Source of the DNA: Paragordius varius
Lineage: Eukaryota; Animalia; Nematomorpha
Direction: 5' to 3'
Length of the DNA: 64,000 bases
NCBI GenBank assembly: GCA_964247055.1
Contig: OZ176051.1
Span: 14,694,001 to 14,758,000 of the forward strand
A program made the position numbers and the translations under genes. Positions 1 through 12,899 of this stretch are shown here, piece by piece. A model generated the notes under the pieces. The model ran no database searches and was not told the origin of the DNA. It worked only from the letters and a program-made list of their open reading frames with translations. Every line of letters begins with the position of its first letter. The first letter of the stretch is position 1.

Positions 1-1172
1 CCCCCTATACGACTACAGCGGCACGCCCATACAAATGGGGAGCCTAAGTGAGTGCATATAGAGTGACACCTTAGACAAAGCGGTACACATCCCGCTAAGC
101 TATAGGCTATCCGGGATAGATGGTAACAATTAGCGTCATGCGGTCGTCCAACTAGTACTGGCATGAAGTGGAGTTCTTGGTATGTGCTATATAAAGCTTG
201 TTGACAGTATTTGTCTATAGTCATAGTATAATTATTATTATAAAGTTATCTGATTATGAGGTATATCATGAGTAAGCAGGTGGGCCATTGGTAAATGCAT
301 ACTAATTTAATAATAACTCGAGCTCAAGGTGTGCGGCATTTGTGGCAAAGAATTTTCAATTCGAAATCTTCTGGATCGTTACTCATATAAGATATCCATA
401 TGCAAAATGTGGAGCTCAGAATAAAAATAAATTAAAAAATGATAACCGTTTCAAGCGCGCTTTATTGGTTTTTTCAGTATTTGCATTTGAAAGTTGCGGA
501 TTTGTGTATTTATGAAACAGTGAGAAGCATGTGAGAAAAATGAAAGAAAAATAACGAAAATTTTTCAAAAATACAAATTTTTTGATGGACTTAAAAAGTA
601 CATAGCCTTTATTAGATATACCAACTCTTTGGTATGTTAAATATAAGTCATAAACTACAATATGGAATTCTTACAAATAATTTTTTTATAATATATTTCG
701 ACAATGTCATAAAATTTACGAATTTCTATTTTGTGGAATAAAATAATTTATCGATACTTTATAATATTTTATGTATTTTTCTTAAGAATATATTAGGTTA
801 TATATAATATATAAAAGTTTTATCATGTTTGCTCAATAAGTTAAAAAAATATGGACAAAATTTCTAGTCAAAAATGAAAAAATGGAATATTTTTATTTTG
901 GGGCGCATTTTTGCCCCAAAATTTTTGGGGTCTCTTTTTCCAAGGGATTTCTTATTATTCTAGAAAAAATCATCTTCATCTATTTTTTTACCCCCCTTTT
1001 GCGCACAGAAAACTACAGAGGCTAAATCTTTCCTAAATTATTTTGAAATTTTTTGTTTGATTTTTTTGCAATTATTTACGATTTGATTCAAATACTTTAG
1101 TATAATAATATATATAAGTTTATAATTTAAAGCCACGTATACTAACCCTATGTTTGACCATTAAAATATATA

Positions 1173-2195
1173 TCTATATATTAATAAAAATAAAATTGGC
1201 TTTGTGATCTGGTACCGAAAAACTGGCAGACCCATTCAAATCCAAACATCGAAAAAATATAATCATTAATGAATGCCCCGACAATAGCTTCGGCCCTTTT
1301 TTTAAAATAGGCCCCCAGTTCGGGCCCACCCCGTGTGAAAAACGAGTTTTTTTGAAAACAGAAGTCCACAAAAATCGTGTCTTTGAGGCAATTTTCTAGA
1401 GAACGTAGTGGATCATTCAATTTCAAATATGATTTTTGTTTACTTATTTTCGATTGCGCCGAACATAGTCGTCTCGCTTTTTTAATTTATGCCCTCTGTT
1501 TACCCGCTTCCCCCGTAAAATACCATTTTCTTCAAAAACAAAGTCCATAAAAATAATTTTTTAAATTTATTTTTCGCCCTAGGTATGAGACCGTAAAAAT
1601 TATATATGAATTCCACGTATTCCCTGATAAAAGTCAAAAATTTTAGTCAAACATTTCCACCCGCTAAAAAATGATTCATCATGTGGATTTGTGTTCTGTT
1701 TCCGGAAAACCGGTAGACCCATTCAAATCCAAATATCGAAAAAATATAATCATTAATTAATGCCCGACAATAGCTTTGCCCTTTTTGTGAAATAGGCCCC
1801 CATTTCGGGCCTACCCCGTGTAAAAAACAGGTTGAGACAATTTTCCGGAGAACGTGTTGGACCATTCAATTTTAAATATAATTTTATTTTACTTATTTTC
1901 GATTGCGCCGTACATAGTCGTCTTGTTTTTTTAATTTAAGCCCTCTTTTTACCCGCTCCACCCGTAAAATTTATGAAAATCAAAATCCACAAAAATAATT
2001 TTTCCCCCAAGTTAACAATAAATTAGTATGAATGCACCGTTTTAAAATCCTATGAGATCATAGCTAATAAATAATGTTTCGAAATAATCCACATATGTGA
2101 ATCATTTTATTGTCCCTTTTTTCAAATAACCCTCCCTCACCCCCAGAAGTCCAAAGAACTTCCTCAGGGTGCGTAGCAGCTTGAGATTTCGCTAG
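1173..2195 (+). mobile_element. Non-autonomous Helitron (family H, copy 1)
   Basis: Starts TC (TCTATATATTAATAAAA) after an A and ends CTAG before a T, with no TSD. An imperfect GC-rich hairpin (CTCAGGGTGCGTAGCAGCTTGAG) lies just upstream of the CTAG. It contains an internal ~490-bp direct duplication (1201 vs 1688). Homologous copies at 15593, 17794 and 60878-61935. Confidence 0.75.
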
Positions 2196-2219
2196 TATAT
2201 ATATATATGTATATATATA

Positions 2220-2490
2220 CAGTAAAAATTGAAATTTTTCGTAAAAACATAAAACAAGTAAATATTTAGATTAAAAGACAACCATAATTTTTAAAACCGC
2301 AATTTTTCCTATATAATTTATTTAATTAAAATCGTAAAATAGATAGTTGATTGTGTTATCAAATCTCTATTAATACATACTTTACAAATACAAGAAGTTA
2401 TATATTTAAAAATCATGTTATAAAAGGTAGAGCGATTATTAAAACATTTTATATTTTTATGTTTTGTGCGCATAATTTAAATTTTTACTG
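2220..2490. mobile_element. CAGT...ACTG MITE (TA target, Tc1/mariner-pogo-like), copy
   Basis: Starts TA|CAGTAAAAATTGAAAT and ends TTTTTACTG. It carries the family core AAAAGACAACCATA and subterminal inverted similarity. It abuts the (TA)n run after Helitron copy 1. Confidence 0.65.
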
Positions 2491-2894
2491 AAAGTAAAAA
2501 AATAAAAGTTCGATTGTATATTTGCCTATTCATATAGGATTGGAGAATGGAGCCTTTGTGTTTTGGTGATCTTATATCGGTCCCTTGTATTGGTAAAACT
2601 CAAATTCTCATAAATTTACAATTGTTTAGTAGCTTTCAGCAACACTGTCATAACAACACCAAAAATATGATATGGAGCCATTCAATCTGATAAAATACTG
2701 TAATGATTGCATAAATTACTTAAATGACACTAATATTTTTTACCCTGTATTAAAGTTCTTTTTTCGCGACAAAGGTGTAGAGGTATAAATTGGTTATACA
2801 ATATTCAAAAAAAGAAATTATTTTAATAATTTATCTAAAAAATTAAGTATCAAAATTAAAATGATTATTTTCGTTGCATTCATATATATTTTAC

Positions 2895-3153
2895 GGTAAA
2901 AATTGAAATTATATACGGACAAAACATAGAAATATACATATATGTTTTTCTAAAAAACAACAATACTTTTTCAATCGCATTTAAAATTTATTATAACAAC
3001 GCATTGTAATTTATGAAATCGAGATAATTTGAAAATACAATCATCTTCATATTTTAAAAACATTAAGGTTTAGACAGATTTGGTTGTCTTTTGAAAAAAA
3101 TATTTATTTTTATATTTTTCTTCGTTTTGTCCATATATATTCAATTTTTACTG
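2895..3153. mobile_element. CAGT...ACTG MITE, copy
   Basis: CGGTAAAAATTGAAATTATATACGGACAAAAC ... GTTTTGTCCATATATATTCAATTTTTACTG|TA. Confidence 0.6.
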
Positions 3154-4019
3154 TACTTTCATACTTGTAATTTTTTTAAATAATTTATATCATTTGATAT
3201 AATCCACAAATACTTTATAATTTTAGGTTGTGATTTACTTTTACGTTTTTCGTTTAATTTGATTTAACTTTTTGTCTGTGTTTTAGGAATTTTCTGTGGC
3301 GCACGCCTAATGAAGAAAATTTAATTAGCGATGATGAAATTATAGATATATTAAATGCACTAATTATTTCAAACGATAGTAAAATTGGTTAGGAACCTTC
3401 TTAATGGATACAAAAATAAATGTGTAAATCTTATAAATTAATTATGCTTTTATATGATTAGTTTTAGCATATTTCAATCATTATTTAAATCAAAAAAGCT
3501 GGCTGCTGAGATCAGTTCATCGTAACATACATATCCTATATAATTTTTTGAAATTCAAAACAATGTAAAAAATAAAAAAAATAAAATTATGGATATCTTT
3601 AGAAAAAAACATTTATCGTTATATTTTTACGTTTTGTGCGTATCATTTTAATTTTAACCGTATGTTCGACTTCATCTGTATTTCGATTTTATCATACAAA
3701 TGAATTTCGGTTTTATGTGATAATTATATGAAGTCAATGAGCCATCAAGTAAGTATCAAGAAAGTCACCAAATATAATCTAAAGCTCATACATAATCAAA
3801 CCTTACGTTTACGGCCCATACAAACTCAAATATACTGTTTTTCGCGACTTTTTTGTGTTTAATTGAAATACACGAACTAATGAAAAATATTAATAAATTG
3901 CGATAATTTAGCGATTTTCCTATCAGGAGTATTAATCAAGAAAGTTTAATCTTTCGTAAATAACTTATGAAGCAAAAAGAGACGATTTTTGATATGTTTT
4001 TCAAACAAAACTCATAGTT

Positions 4020-7000
4020 ATTGTAATAAAGTTTTATGACTTCCGATTTAGTGCACTGTTTATAACCACATGTTGATTATAATGTGGCATGCTGACTTTG
4101 GGCAATATTCTGGGAGACAATATGTGCCAAGAATGATTAATTATATCTTAACCTTACCGTTGAGACTTACCCCAAAATGGGTTTTTGACAATATATTGGT
4201 CTGGAAGCAATTATCCAGAAAACGTGTAACTCTTTTGTTACAGATGTGAAAGTGACTGTGCGACATTTTTTTAATTTGCCCCTCAGTGTAAAAAATTTTC
4301 AGCTACAGGTTAGAGTAGCTACAGGAAATCGTGTAAACACATTTAATTTGGATTTCCTTGATCAAAAATGCGCTGATGAAAATCGATAATTGATACAGTT
4401 TTGTCTCCCCGTCTTGAAAAATGGGAGTCATCGAACAATTTGGCACTAAAGTAATATTGAACAAAACAAATAGGCGGACATTCATGAATAAAAATTTTAA
4501 CGTGAAAAGGCAAAATTGGCCATCGGATTAGACCCATAATTAAAAAGTGTTTTTAATATGAGTATGAGCCTAGTGCATATTCTACAGAAAACGTGCACGT
4601 ATTGAGTAATTAATAAATATTTTTACCTATACCCGAAACTTACCACGCCATTTCAATTAACCCATCAGTTTACTCCTTAAAACGTGTCTCCAAACGATAA
4701 GCCTTATTAAGGATTCTTGCATTCCCATATGTGTTTCAATAAGGGATTTTGTTAGTACGGATGCATCCGCGGTAAATATAAAATTTAAGATATACATATA
4801 TCATAAATGTTCTGGAAGTTAAAGACATTTCAATAAAGAATTAGTGTATTAAGGTTTAAGGATTGTTAGAAACCAGCCTTACCCATACACAAGAAAGGAC
4901 ACGTCTTAAATTTATGAGTATCAAAATAGTCGCAATTGAATAGTCATTCCAGATATCCAGGCCCTATGATTGATTATAAACCGGTGCCAATAGGCACAAT
5001 AATACTCTGAAACACGCTGCTAACAACAATTATAACATTGATTGGACCAATATTGATATAATAATATTAATCGTCTCTGTAGCATAAATTCAAAAGTGAC
5101 TTGAACATGACACCCAATTACAAAAACCTATCAAACGTGCTTGTAAGGAAAGGGCCATGACCAAATAATGACCTGTATGCATGGAATCGTACATATAAAA
5201 AAGGCGAAGAACCAAATTTTCAAAATTAGTATATACCATTTGCAATTTAAGTTCACCCTTACACAACACCCTTGAACAATTCAAATTTACCTTTGAACAA
5301 ATCAAAATCACCCTTAAATAAATTATGTGTTTTGTATGATTAAAAATTACTATATTTTTTAAATAATTTCTAAAAACTAATATTTTGTTTAAAATTAATA
5401 GACATTAATAATGAGATTATATTAGTTCGAAAACACATGATTGTTTTTTATGGTGAATATGAATTGTTCCAGGGAGAAGTTGAACTGTAAATGGTATATT
5501 AAAGATTGCTGCTTAGCGTGTCTTCGATTAGAAATCCATAGAAAAGTAATGTCACGAAATCCATGGGTAAATGATAAAAATCATAAAAAAGACAATTGAA
5601 ATGTATAGCCGAAACTTAGGGGATGCAGAAGGTTGTGCTAAAGGAGAGGTTACAATGCACCGCTAATCTGTAGATCGTGGATTGTGAGATTTAACATTAT
5701 AGCAGCCTGATTCCATTATTGATATGATAAAATTTAAAACATGTATTTTGTTTGTAAATCCCAGCTCTTATCTATAAGAATACTTTTATGTTTTACATTA
5801 TAATTAAGGAGTTCTTTAGGAAATGCAGATCTCCGACACATGCATATTAGGAAAAAGGATTGAGCATCCATTTGATAATTAATGAGACAACATTTCATTG
5901 ACATTAAGCATTTATTGTAATTATAAATATAAAATTAACAATTCACGCTCCAATCCTTGTTAGATTAATTAATACTTTTGCCTGATAAGAATGGATGTTT
6001 TGTCTTTTATTAAAATTATTTATAAATAACCGATGTTTTTAAATTGTTGTATATATCGGAGTTAAAAGTTTATTACCTTATACTAAAACAAACTATAATC
6101 TATACAGAGACTCGAACTACTCATTTTTGACAATGGAAAATTAAAGTCGCATAAGGATTTAATTAACCTCGGTTTCTTGCGTTTTCCAAAGAAGATCGCT
6201 GATGCAATATAAAAATTTTCAATAAAATGCTAACCCTGATTTATTTTTTATTATTAATACGAGTAAAACCCAAACGTTAATTTGATCACTGGTAAAAAAA
6301 ATAAAGTGTAAAGTACATTATATAATGTTTAACATGTTGGATTGAAGAATATATCTCTCTCAGTTATTTCCGAGCCTCCTGAGCCCCCTGAGCCATGATT
6401 TATTGATTTTTGTTAAATTTCGCTTGGTATATGACCAACAAGTTCCATTAGCCTTAATACCTTTAAACACATTACATTAATAATTATTATACAAACTAAT
6501 ATTTTTTATAAGAAAGTCAAACCATACGTTTTAACCTGATTGTTTTATATACTTATCTTTATGAATATCGGGATTAAAAATATATTTCTTACATTTGTTT
6601 CAATCATTGGAATTAGGTAAAAAAAAATAATTTTTAAAAGAGTAGAGCTAGCTGCCTTTTGGAAAAAATTTCATTTAGTTTTTACCATTATGTATAAATT
6701 CATTGTTACTTTTATTATTAAGGTAAAAAATATATTTATGCGGACAAAACGTACAAATATAACAATTTTTTTACAAAAGACAATTCATCCTATTAAAATC
6801 ATTTATTAACGATCGTATAAAAATGTAATTAATTGTGTTACCAATATACATATATATCAACTCCAATCCTTAACTTCAAGTTGGTCCTTTGACTTTTTTC
6901 TTTTGTTTTTAACTTTTATCAATCAAATCTATATTCATAATCGTTTTAACCTCTTTTTTAAAATTTACGATAAAATTCAAATCAATATCAACTTTTGATC

Positions 7001-9043
7001 ATTGCGATTCTGTAAATCTTTATTAACTTTTTAAACCATTTTGGATACTTTAAAATTTTAAAATAAAAAAAATATATAAGTTTTTTAGGTTATTATTTAC
7101 TTTTATTGAAAACATTCAAATTAATAATTTTGTTAAATTGACAAATAATAGTTTGAAATAAAAAAGTAGTTTTTGAACAAAATTTTTTATTTTTATATGA
7201 ATATATATATAAGAATGAAGATTGTTAAAAAATATGAATAAACAACATTTTAAAGACCAACTTGAAGTGAAGAACACTTTTTAAATGCAAATGGTATACT
7301 TTGTTTTAAACAATGAGCTATTTAAAAACCAAAATATATAAAGTGTGGTTGTATTTTAGAAAAAAATATTTGTGATTATATTTTTACGTTTTGTCCGTAT
7401 AATTTTAATTTTTACGGTAATTATAACTGGTTAATTAAATTAAATTTCTTTCCATATTTTTCAAAATTAATTTTTAACAGGCCTCGGGTATCCCACACCA
7501 ATCTGAATCAAAGGACTGAAATGAATGTGTTGTATTCAAGTGTTAAAGTAGTAATATGCATATATAACACATAAAATAAAAATGAAAAAGAAAATACAAT
7601 TTAAAAACAGTTATTTAAAACTTCTTTTATAATAAAACGAATTCTTGAAAACCTCTCAAAATATATTTATTTTGTATGTAAAAATCGAATATCATCAAAA
7701 TAAGAATTCATTTTTAACTAATAAATTAAATATCAAAATCAGTCAAAATTTTACACTTATAAATATTAAGCTATCATTCAACAGAAAGTATAAATTAAAG
7801 GGCTATAAAAAAGTACTTTAAGGGCCTCTGTTAAAGTCTCATTGCCGTATATGTGACAATAATATTTTCAAAGTGACAAAACACCACATCATATTCATTG
7901 TGATATTTTGTTTTAAATAAGAAACTAATAATATACTTTAATTTGTCATTAATATAATTATTTATCTATAATAACATAATATCATTTTAAAATACTTACA
8001 TTTCAATATTAGGGTAATCTTTTCATGTTGGATGAGTTAATCATGTGTTTCCAGTTTGTAGTTCCTTTTTCAATTTGCACATCCTCTGTCGAAAATTCTA
8101 TACCATATGTCAATAGTTGTGAAACATCTATTGACCTTGAACAAATATTATATAATATTACATCACGAATTGTCTTTGCAAGTTCTGAAAAGTTTAGGGA
8201 TGTCAAATTGCTCCTTCTTATGGTTAAATCAGTTAACTTAGTGTAATTTTGGAAGGGTTTTAAGTTTCGTAATCCGGAAATAGAAATTTAACCTTTTTAA
8301 ATTATTTTCTTTTACCAAAAAATTTAGATCAATTACACATCGGGATATTTCCATAACAGTCAAATTAACAGGAAACGATGAATCTGATAATTTGAGATTG
8401 GTATCATTTTTCAAAGTATCTATGTAGAGTGAATGTAGGTGAGGAAAGTTTTTGAAAAAATTGGATAGATTATATGAATTGTTCTTTAGCAATGTTAAAA
8501 GATAGTTTTTGCAGGTGTACCTGATGGGTTCATTGGATGATATTCATTACCAAATGATTCCATACTTATTACGTTTAAAGACAAATAATCTAAAGGAATA
8601 TATTCAAATATCCTCCAATTAAATATTTTCTTATTGAATATTGTGAAATCCATGCTTTTTATATGTAATTTTTTAGATATTGTTTTTATTAATTCATATG
8701 TTACATTATAATCTTCATTATAATCTTCAATTACAACATGCATTTTGTTATCCGAATCGGATATGGAATAATAAAATCTGGAATTATTGACGCACAATCC
8801 AGAATAACCGCGAAATTTACTTAAATATCCTAATTGGTTCAAATGATGCTTCCCACAGTGGTAATCTTTATCAAGAGTATCAAACACTTTTAATTGTGAC
8901 AAACTTTCTTTATTTGTGAAATCATAATAGGTTCCATTGTATTCACATGCCCCGGTAAGATTTACGCTTTTGAGCAAATATTTTATATCTGAATCGCATT
9001 TCAAGGTGTTTCCTAAAACTGAACAATTATATAGATATAACAT
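4020..9043 (-). pseudogene. Decayed LRR-containing GPCR (RXFP/GRL101-like, LGR type C-like)
   Basis: Three frameshift-separated ectodomain ORFs (8495-9043, 8238-8492, 8009-8206) with LRR-like LxxLxL patterns. 7TM remnants align by eye with relaxin-receptor motifs: ICL1 KGELKLQMVYTNF (~RSENKLYAMSIISL), ECL1 YDSMHTGHY (~FDLKFRGEY), TM3 LIGFCNWVSCSS, ECL2/TM5 NCSMTPIFQDGETKLYQLSIFI (~VCFPLHSED...IYSVAIFL), TM6 KELHVFWIIASRPIYCQKPI, TM7 INSALN (~4046-4063). In-frame TGA, TAA and TAG codons interrupt 4900-5092. Confidence 0.6.
6722..7418. mobile_element. CAGT-family MITE interrupted by a ~400-bp TIR element (6873-7268)
   Basis: Left arm (GCGGACAAAACGTAC) at ~6740 and right arm (ACGTTTTGTCCGTATAATTTTAATTTTTACGG) at ~7386-7418. 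The inner element is bounded by the inverted repeat CTTCAAGTTGGTC/GACCAACTTGAAG, flanked by TTAA on the left and TGAA on the right. Confidence 0.5.
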
Positions 9044-9934
9044 ATAATTTGGATATCGAAATAAATTTATTTAGTAAACCATGAAAAATACTTGATTTTT
9101 CAGCATCATTCAAAATTACGAATTCTATAAAGTTATTTATTATATAAGGATAGTAATTTAATAAACATTTCAATTAAAAACTTAGAGAAATGGTATACTC
9201 ATTCTTTAAATGTGATATAATATTGAGTTGTCATATATCGACAAAAAATTATGTTAAATTTTAAGCATGTATGGTAATAGGATTAAGGTTGTTTTTGCTA
9301 ACATTTCAAACTCTATAAATTTCATAAATAACCGTCACTAATAGGTTATTTGTTTTCTGAGCATGATTTAATTATTTCGAAATGTAGTGTTTGTCTGACG
9401 TTAAAATCTTTTACAAGGTGAACTTTTTCACTAACCTATTAGTTTTTGGATATTTTTCGAGTCGTAACAAAAACTTTAAAAATGTTGGTTGTTTTATATA
9501 AAATTATAAATTCGGCGTTCAGGATAACTATGATGTGTCATCTTAAGGGCTTATATATAATATAGATAAATATTAAAAAGGCGTCAAAAATTTAATGGTG
9601 TATATCCATTTCAAATTTTAGATGCCATGTGTGGCCTTTTGGTCGCATTCAAAAAAAACACTTCATGACATTATTGCCCTAGTTTATATTGATGCATTAT
9701 ATCCCAGAGATGAATTTTGTAAATTAACTATATTTTGAAAGCTATTTCAATAATTCTATTATCCAAAAAAATTTCTCCTGCATTAGATATTAAAGCTTAT
9801 ATAGGTTTGAGAGTTCTAGTTTTTAAAATTTTAGTTCCAAAACACGATTGAAATAGCTGTTTTTTAATTCAATAAATATATCAAGTTTTGCTGCAATATG
9901 TAAAAACAAAATTAGTTATTAACAATTAATAACA

Positions 9935-10375
9935 TGATATACAGTCAGTTGTGCAGCACTCAATGATGTATAATTCACAGACGTGGGGTGTCAAAAAATC
10001 CGAAGAAAGACATTTTAACGTGACTGAAATGAAAATGCTCAGAATGACGTGTGGGGTAACAAAAAAGGACAGAATTGAGAATAGATTTATTCGTGGGCAG
10101 ATATCAAACCAATAGTGGAAAGAATGTCAAAAAGTTACGTTGGTTTGGGCACATTGAAAGGAGAGATTCTAATTATATTGCAAAAATAATAGATGGTTAT
10201 ATAGTTGAGGGAAAACGAGGACGTGGGCGACCTAAAACAAAATGGATAGATACAGTAAAAAGAGAGCTAGCAGAATACGAGCTTAATGCAGACGACGCCA
10301 TAGATAGAGTTTTATGGCGAGGGAGGTTGTATAACATGACCGCTCCGAGTGAAAACATTTAATGTAATAATAATA
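9935..10375 (+). mobile_element. RTE-clade LINE, 3' fragment
   Basis: Translates to YNSQTWGVKKSEERHFNVTEMKMLRMTCGVTKKDRIENRFIRG, then (frameshift) KLRWFGHIERR...EGKRGRGRPKTKWIDTVKREL. This is the typical RTE post-RT C-terminus. Short (TAA)n-like tail. Confidence 0.85.
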
Positions 10376-11080
10376 TACATTCCTTTGCCTGTTGCTTTGG
10401 CGATTTTAAAAAATTAATAGAAAAAACGGCGAAAATGTTTAAGAAGAGGATTCTTTTACAATTTTACATTTTTTAAAATTATTTTTTTATAATGCCTAAG
10501 AGGAAAAAGAAAATTTTTATATTTAGCTTAATAACTTAAATATTGTTTAAGTACAAATAAATTACTCTGGGATGTGAAACCTAGGGTTGAGCATTTGATT
10601 GCTGTTTCAAAAAAATCCGGTCAGACTGAGTCAGACCGTGGTCATAACCACTTTTACTTAAGTAAATATCATGCGTTATTGAATTATCAAAATAAGGTTC
10701 GAATTACACATGGGTTTCACTAATAATGTCATGGTTTTTAAAAGTTTATACATTTTTTTGATATTTATTATTTAAAAATATTTATATCAAAAAATTGTTT
10801 TTTTGCCATGTTTGTGACCTTCTAAATCTTCAAATACATAGCCTTTAATACTTGATATTTCAAATATTTTACCTTGTTTATTTACACTTTTTTTCATGAT
10901 TAAAATATCCATTATAGGATGTTTTTCATTTTATTGGTTTACATATATAGAGTTATTGTATATTTCGCAAAGTGCTTGATTGTTTTGTTTTTCGAAATAA
11001 CTCTATATGCTTAAATGCCTATGTCATAAAGAGATGTTTAACAATTTTTATTAATAAGCGCATATTTGAATTTATAATTT

Positions 11081-12899
11081 TTATTTCTTTAAAAATATAT
11101 TAGAAAACAATAAAATCTTATTATCTCTCTTCCAAAATTTTTTTATTATCATTTCAATGACCATGGTCAAAAAATAAATAGTCAATGACCTGGTCATGGC
11201 CCGACAAACCTCAGAAAGCTCATGGTGTATCATCCAGGCACTGCATTTTTCTGCAAAATATTTTTTAACTGGAACCACTAAATATGAAAAATGTCATATA
11301 ACGACATGTAACTTATTTACCCTTATAGCCATTTATAATACTGAATTCGCTATAAAAGCCTCTCGTTACTGTATTCTTAAGATATAATTTTACAGAAACA
11401 AGGTATTCCAATTGTGGTTTGTTTTATATTAGTATGTTTTTATAAATGCCATATTGTAAATTTAAAATTAAATAATTTAGAAAGTTATTACAGTAAAAAC
11501 TGAAATCAAACGGACTAAAAACGTAAAAATATAAAGATAAATATTTCTTTTTAAAAGACTACACTTTAAAACTTAACTTTACCTATAATTTACTTACCAC
11601 TTGAAAATATTAAATTTATTGTGTTACCAATATACATCTCTATTTCATACTCTGCAATTTAAACAATGCGTTATAATTTAAAAGAATCGGAAAAATATAG
11701 TCTTTTGGAAAAAATATTTGTCTTTATAATTTAACGTTTTGTCCGTATAATATCTATTTTTACTGTACATTCGTATTTTTTTGTTTTTTATACCTTAATA
11801 GTTTAATATAAATTTTTAAAATTACCAATATTTAAGTTTGAGTATTTCGATGCTCGGGATTCAAAAAGATAAATATTTTCCAAAGTATCTGAGGTGATAT
11901 CCAAAATAATTAGATTAGAAAATTTTTTAAGGATTGCATAGTCAAATTCTATGATTGGGTTGTCAGATAAGTTCAAATTTTTGACCTGAAATAAATGTTT
12001 CAGATCATCCTTTAAAAGTGGTTGCAAATCGGTGATATTATTATGATAAGGAAATATTATTTACGTGTTTAATTATTTAAAACACCATCATTCAAAGCGA
12101 GCAAATTATGAGACAAGTCGATAGTTTTGATTTCGGATTTCTCATCAAAGTGTCCAATAATTTTGCTTATGGTATTCCCGATCTTTAACGATGTTACGGA
12201 GCGTGGTATGTCTTTTAAATTTATTGTTTTTACATTTCCAGATAAAATAACTAAATCGTTAAGATATTTTTGGGACAGCAAATTCAAGCTGTATTCCATC
12301 TCTCCAGATAACAAGTCTAACTCAGCACTTTTAACGATATAAGAAAAGGAAAATGATTGGCAAAACTTAAATTAATAGGAATATGCGGAGAGATTATAGA
12401 CAAATGTTTGACCATTTTGCTAAAGAACCTAAATAGTCAAACAAATCTGTTAATGCTTTTTTTGATGTGGAAACATTCGTTACATTTACAACCAAATGTT
12501 CTAGGTTGTTTCCTAACCTTATATGAGTTATTCGACTTTGTCCAACTAACATTAAATTAATTTTAAAGCTGTAATCCATCTATTGATTTGCAAATCATTA
12601 AAGTCGAAATTGCGAAATTTACTGTCTTTAAATGTCAACTCCAACGAACGATTAGGCATGCTGTTATATGAATTCGCAGCAAATATTTGCGACCTTTTCC
12701 ATTTTGACCAGTGTAAATCAAAGTTACTGTTTATATCACTGCAATATATTTTATTAGGTTGGCACTCACAATTAGGGCTACTCCCTAAAGACAGTGGAGG
12801 AAATCGATCGTTTTGTCCTGAAAAAGTAATATGCACATTACTCAAAATGCATGCAAAATATAGAATTGCAATATATCTCAATAATATTAGAGACTTCAT
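11081..12899 (-). pseudogene. Decayed secreted/membrane LRR receptor (signal peptide + LRRNT + LRRs; possibly a second LGR)
   Basis: MKSLILLRYIAILYFACILS signal-like start, CECQPNKIYCS LRR N-cap, and LRRs IDLSHNLL, ISLSHNNI (split by a frameshift) and LNLSDNPII. At least three frameshifts with no GT-AG introns at the breaks. A hydrophobic segment followed by KRDNKILLFSNI at 11081-11200 resembles LGR TM1-ICL1 (weak). Confidence 0.6.
11491..11765. mobile_element. CAGT...ACTG MITE, complete 275-bp copy
   Basis: TA|CAGTAAAAACTGAAAT...TTTTTACTG|TA with ~70-bp imperfect inverted arms. It is inserted in the LRR pseudogene. Confidence 0.75.

Noticed and set aside
1-338. Possible 3' part of an LTR (GC-richer, TATATAAAG at ~188, ends ...GCGGCA)
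   Set aside because: No partner LTR, PBS, PPT or TSD is visible, and it is cut by the window edge.
1174-1865. Recurrent ORFs such as MKLNDPLRS... and MVQHVLRK... (also at 15580, 61219 and 61678)
   Set aside because: These are incidental frames of the non-coding Helitron repeat. They are open on either strand and are not preserved between copies.
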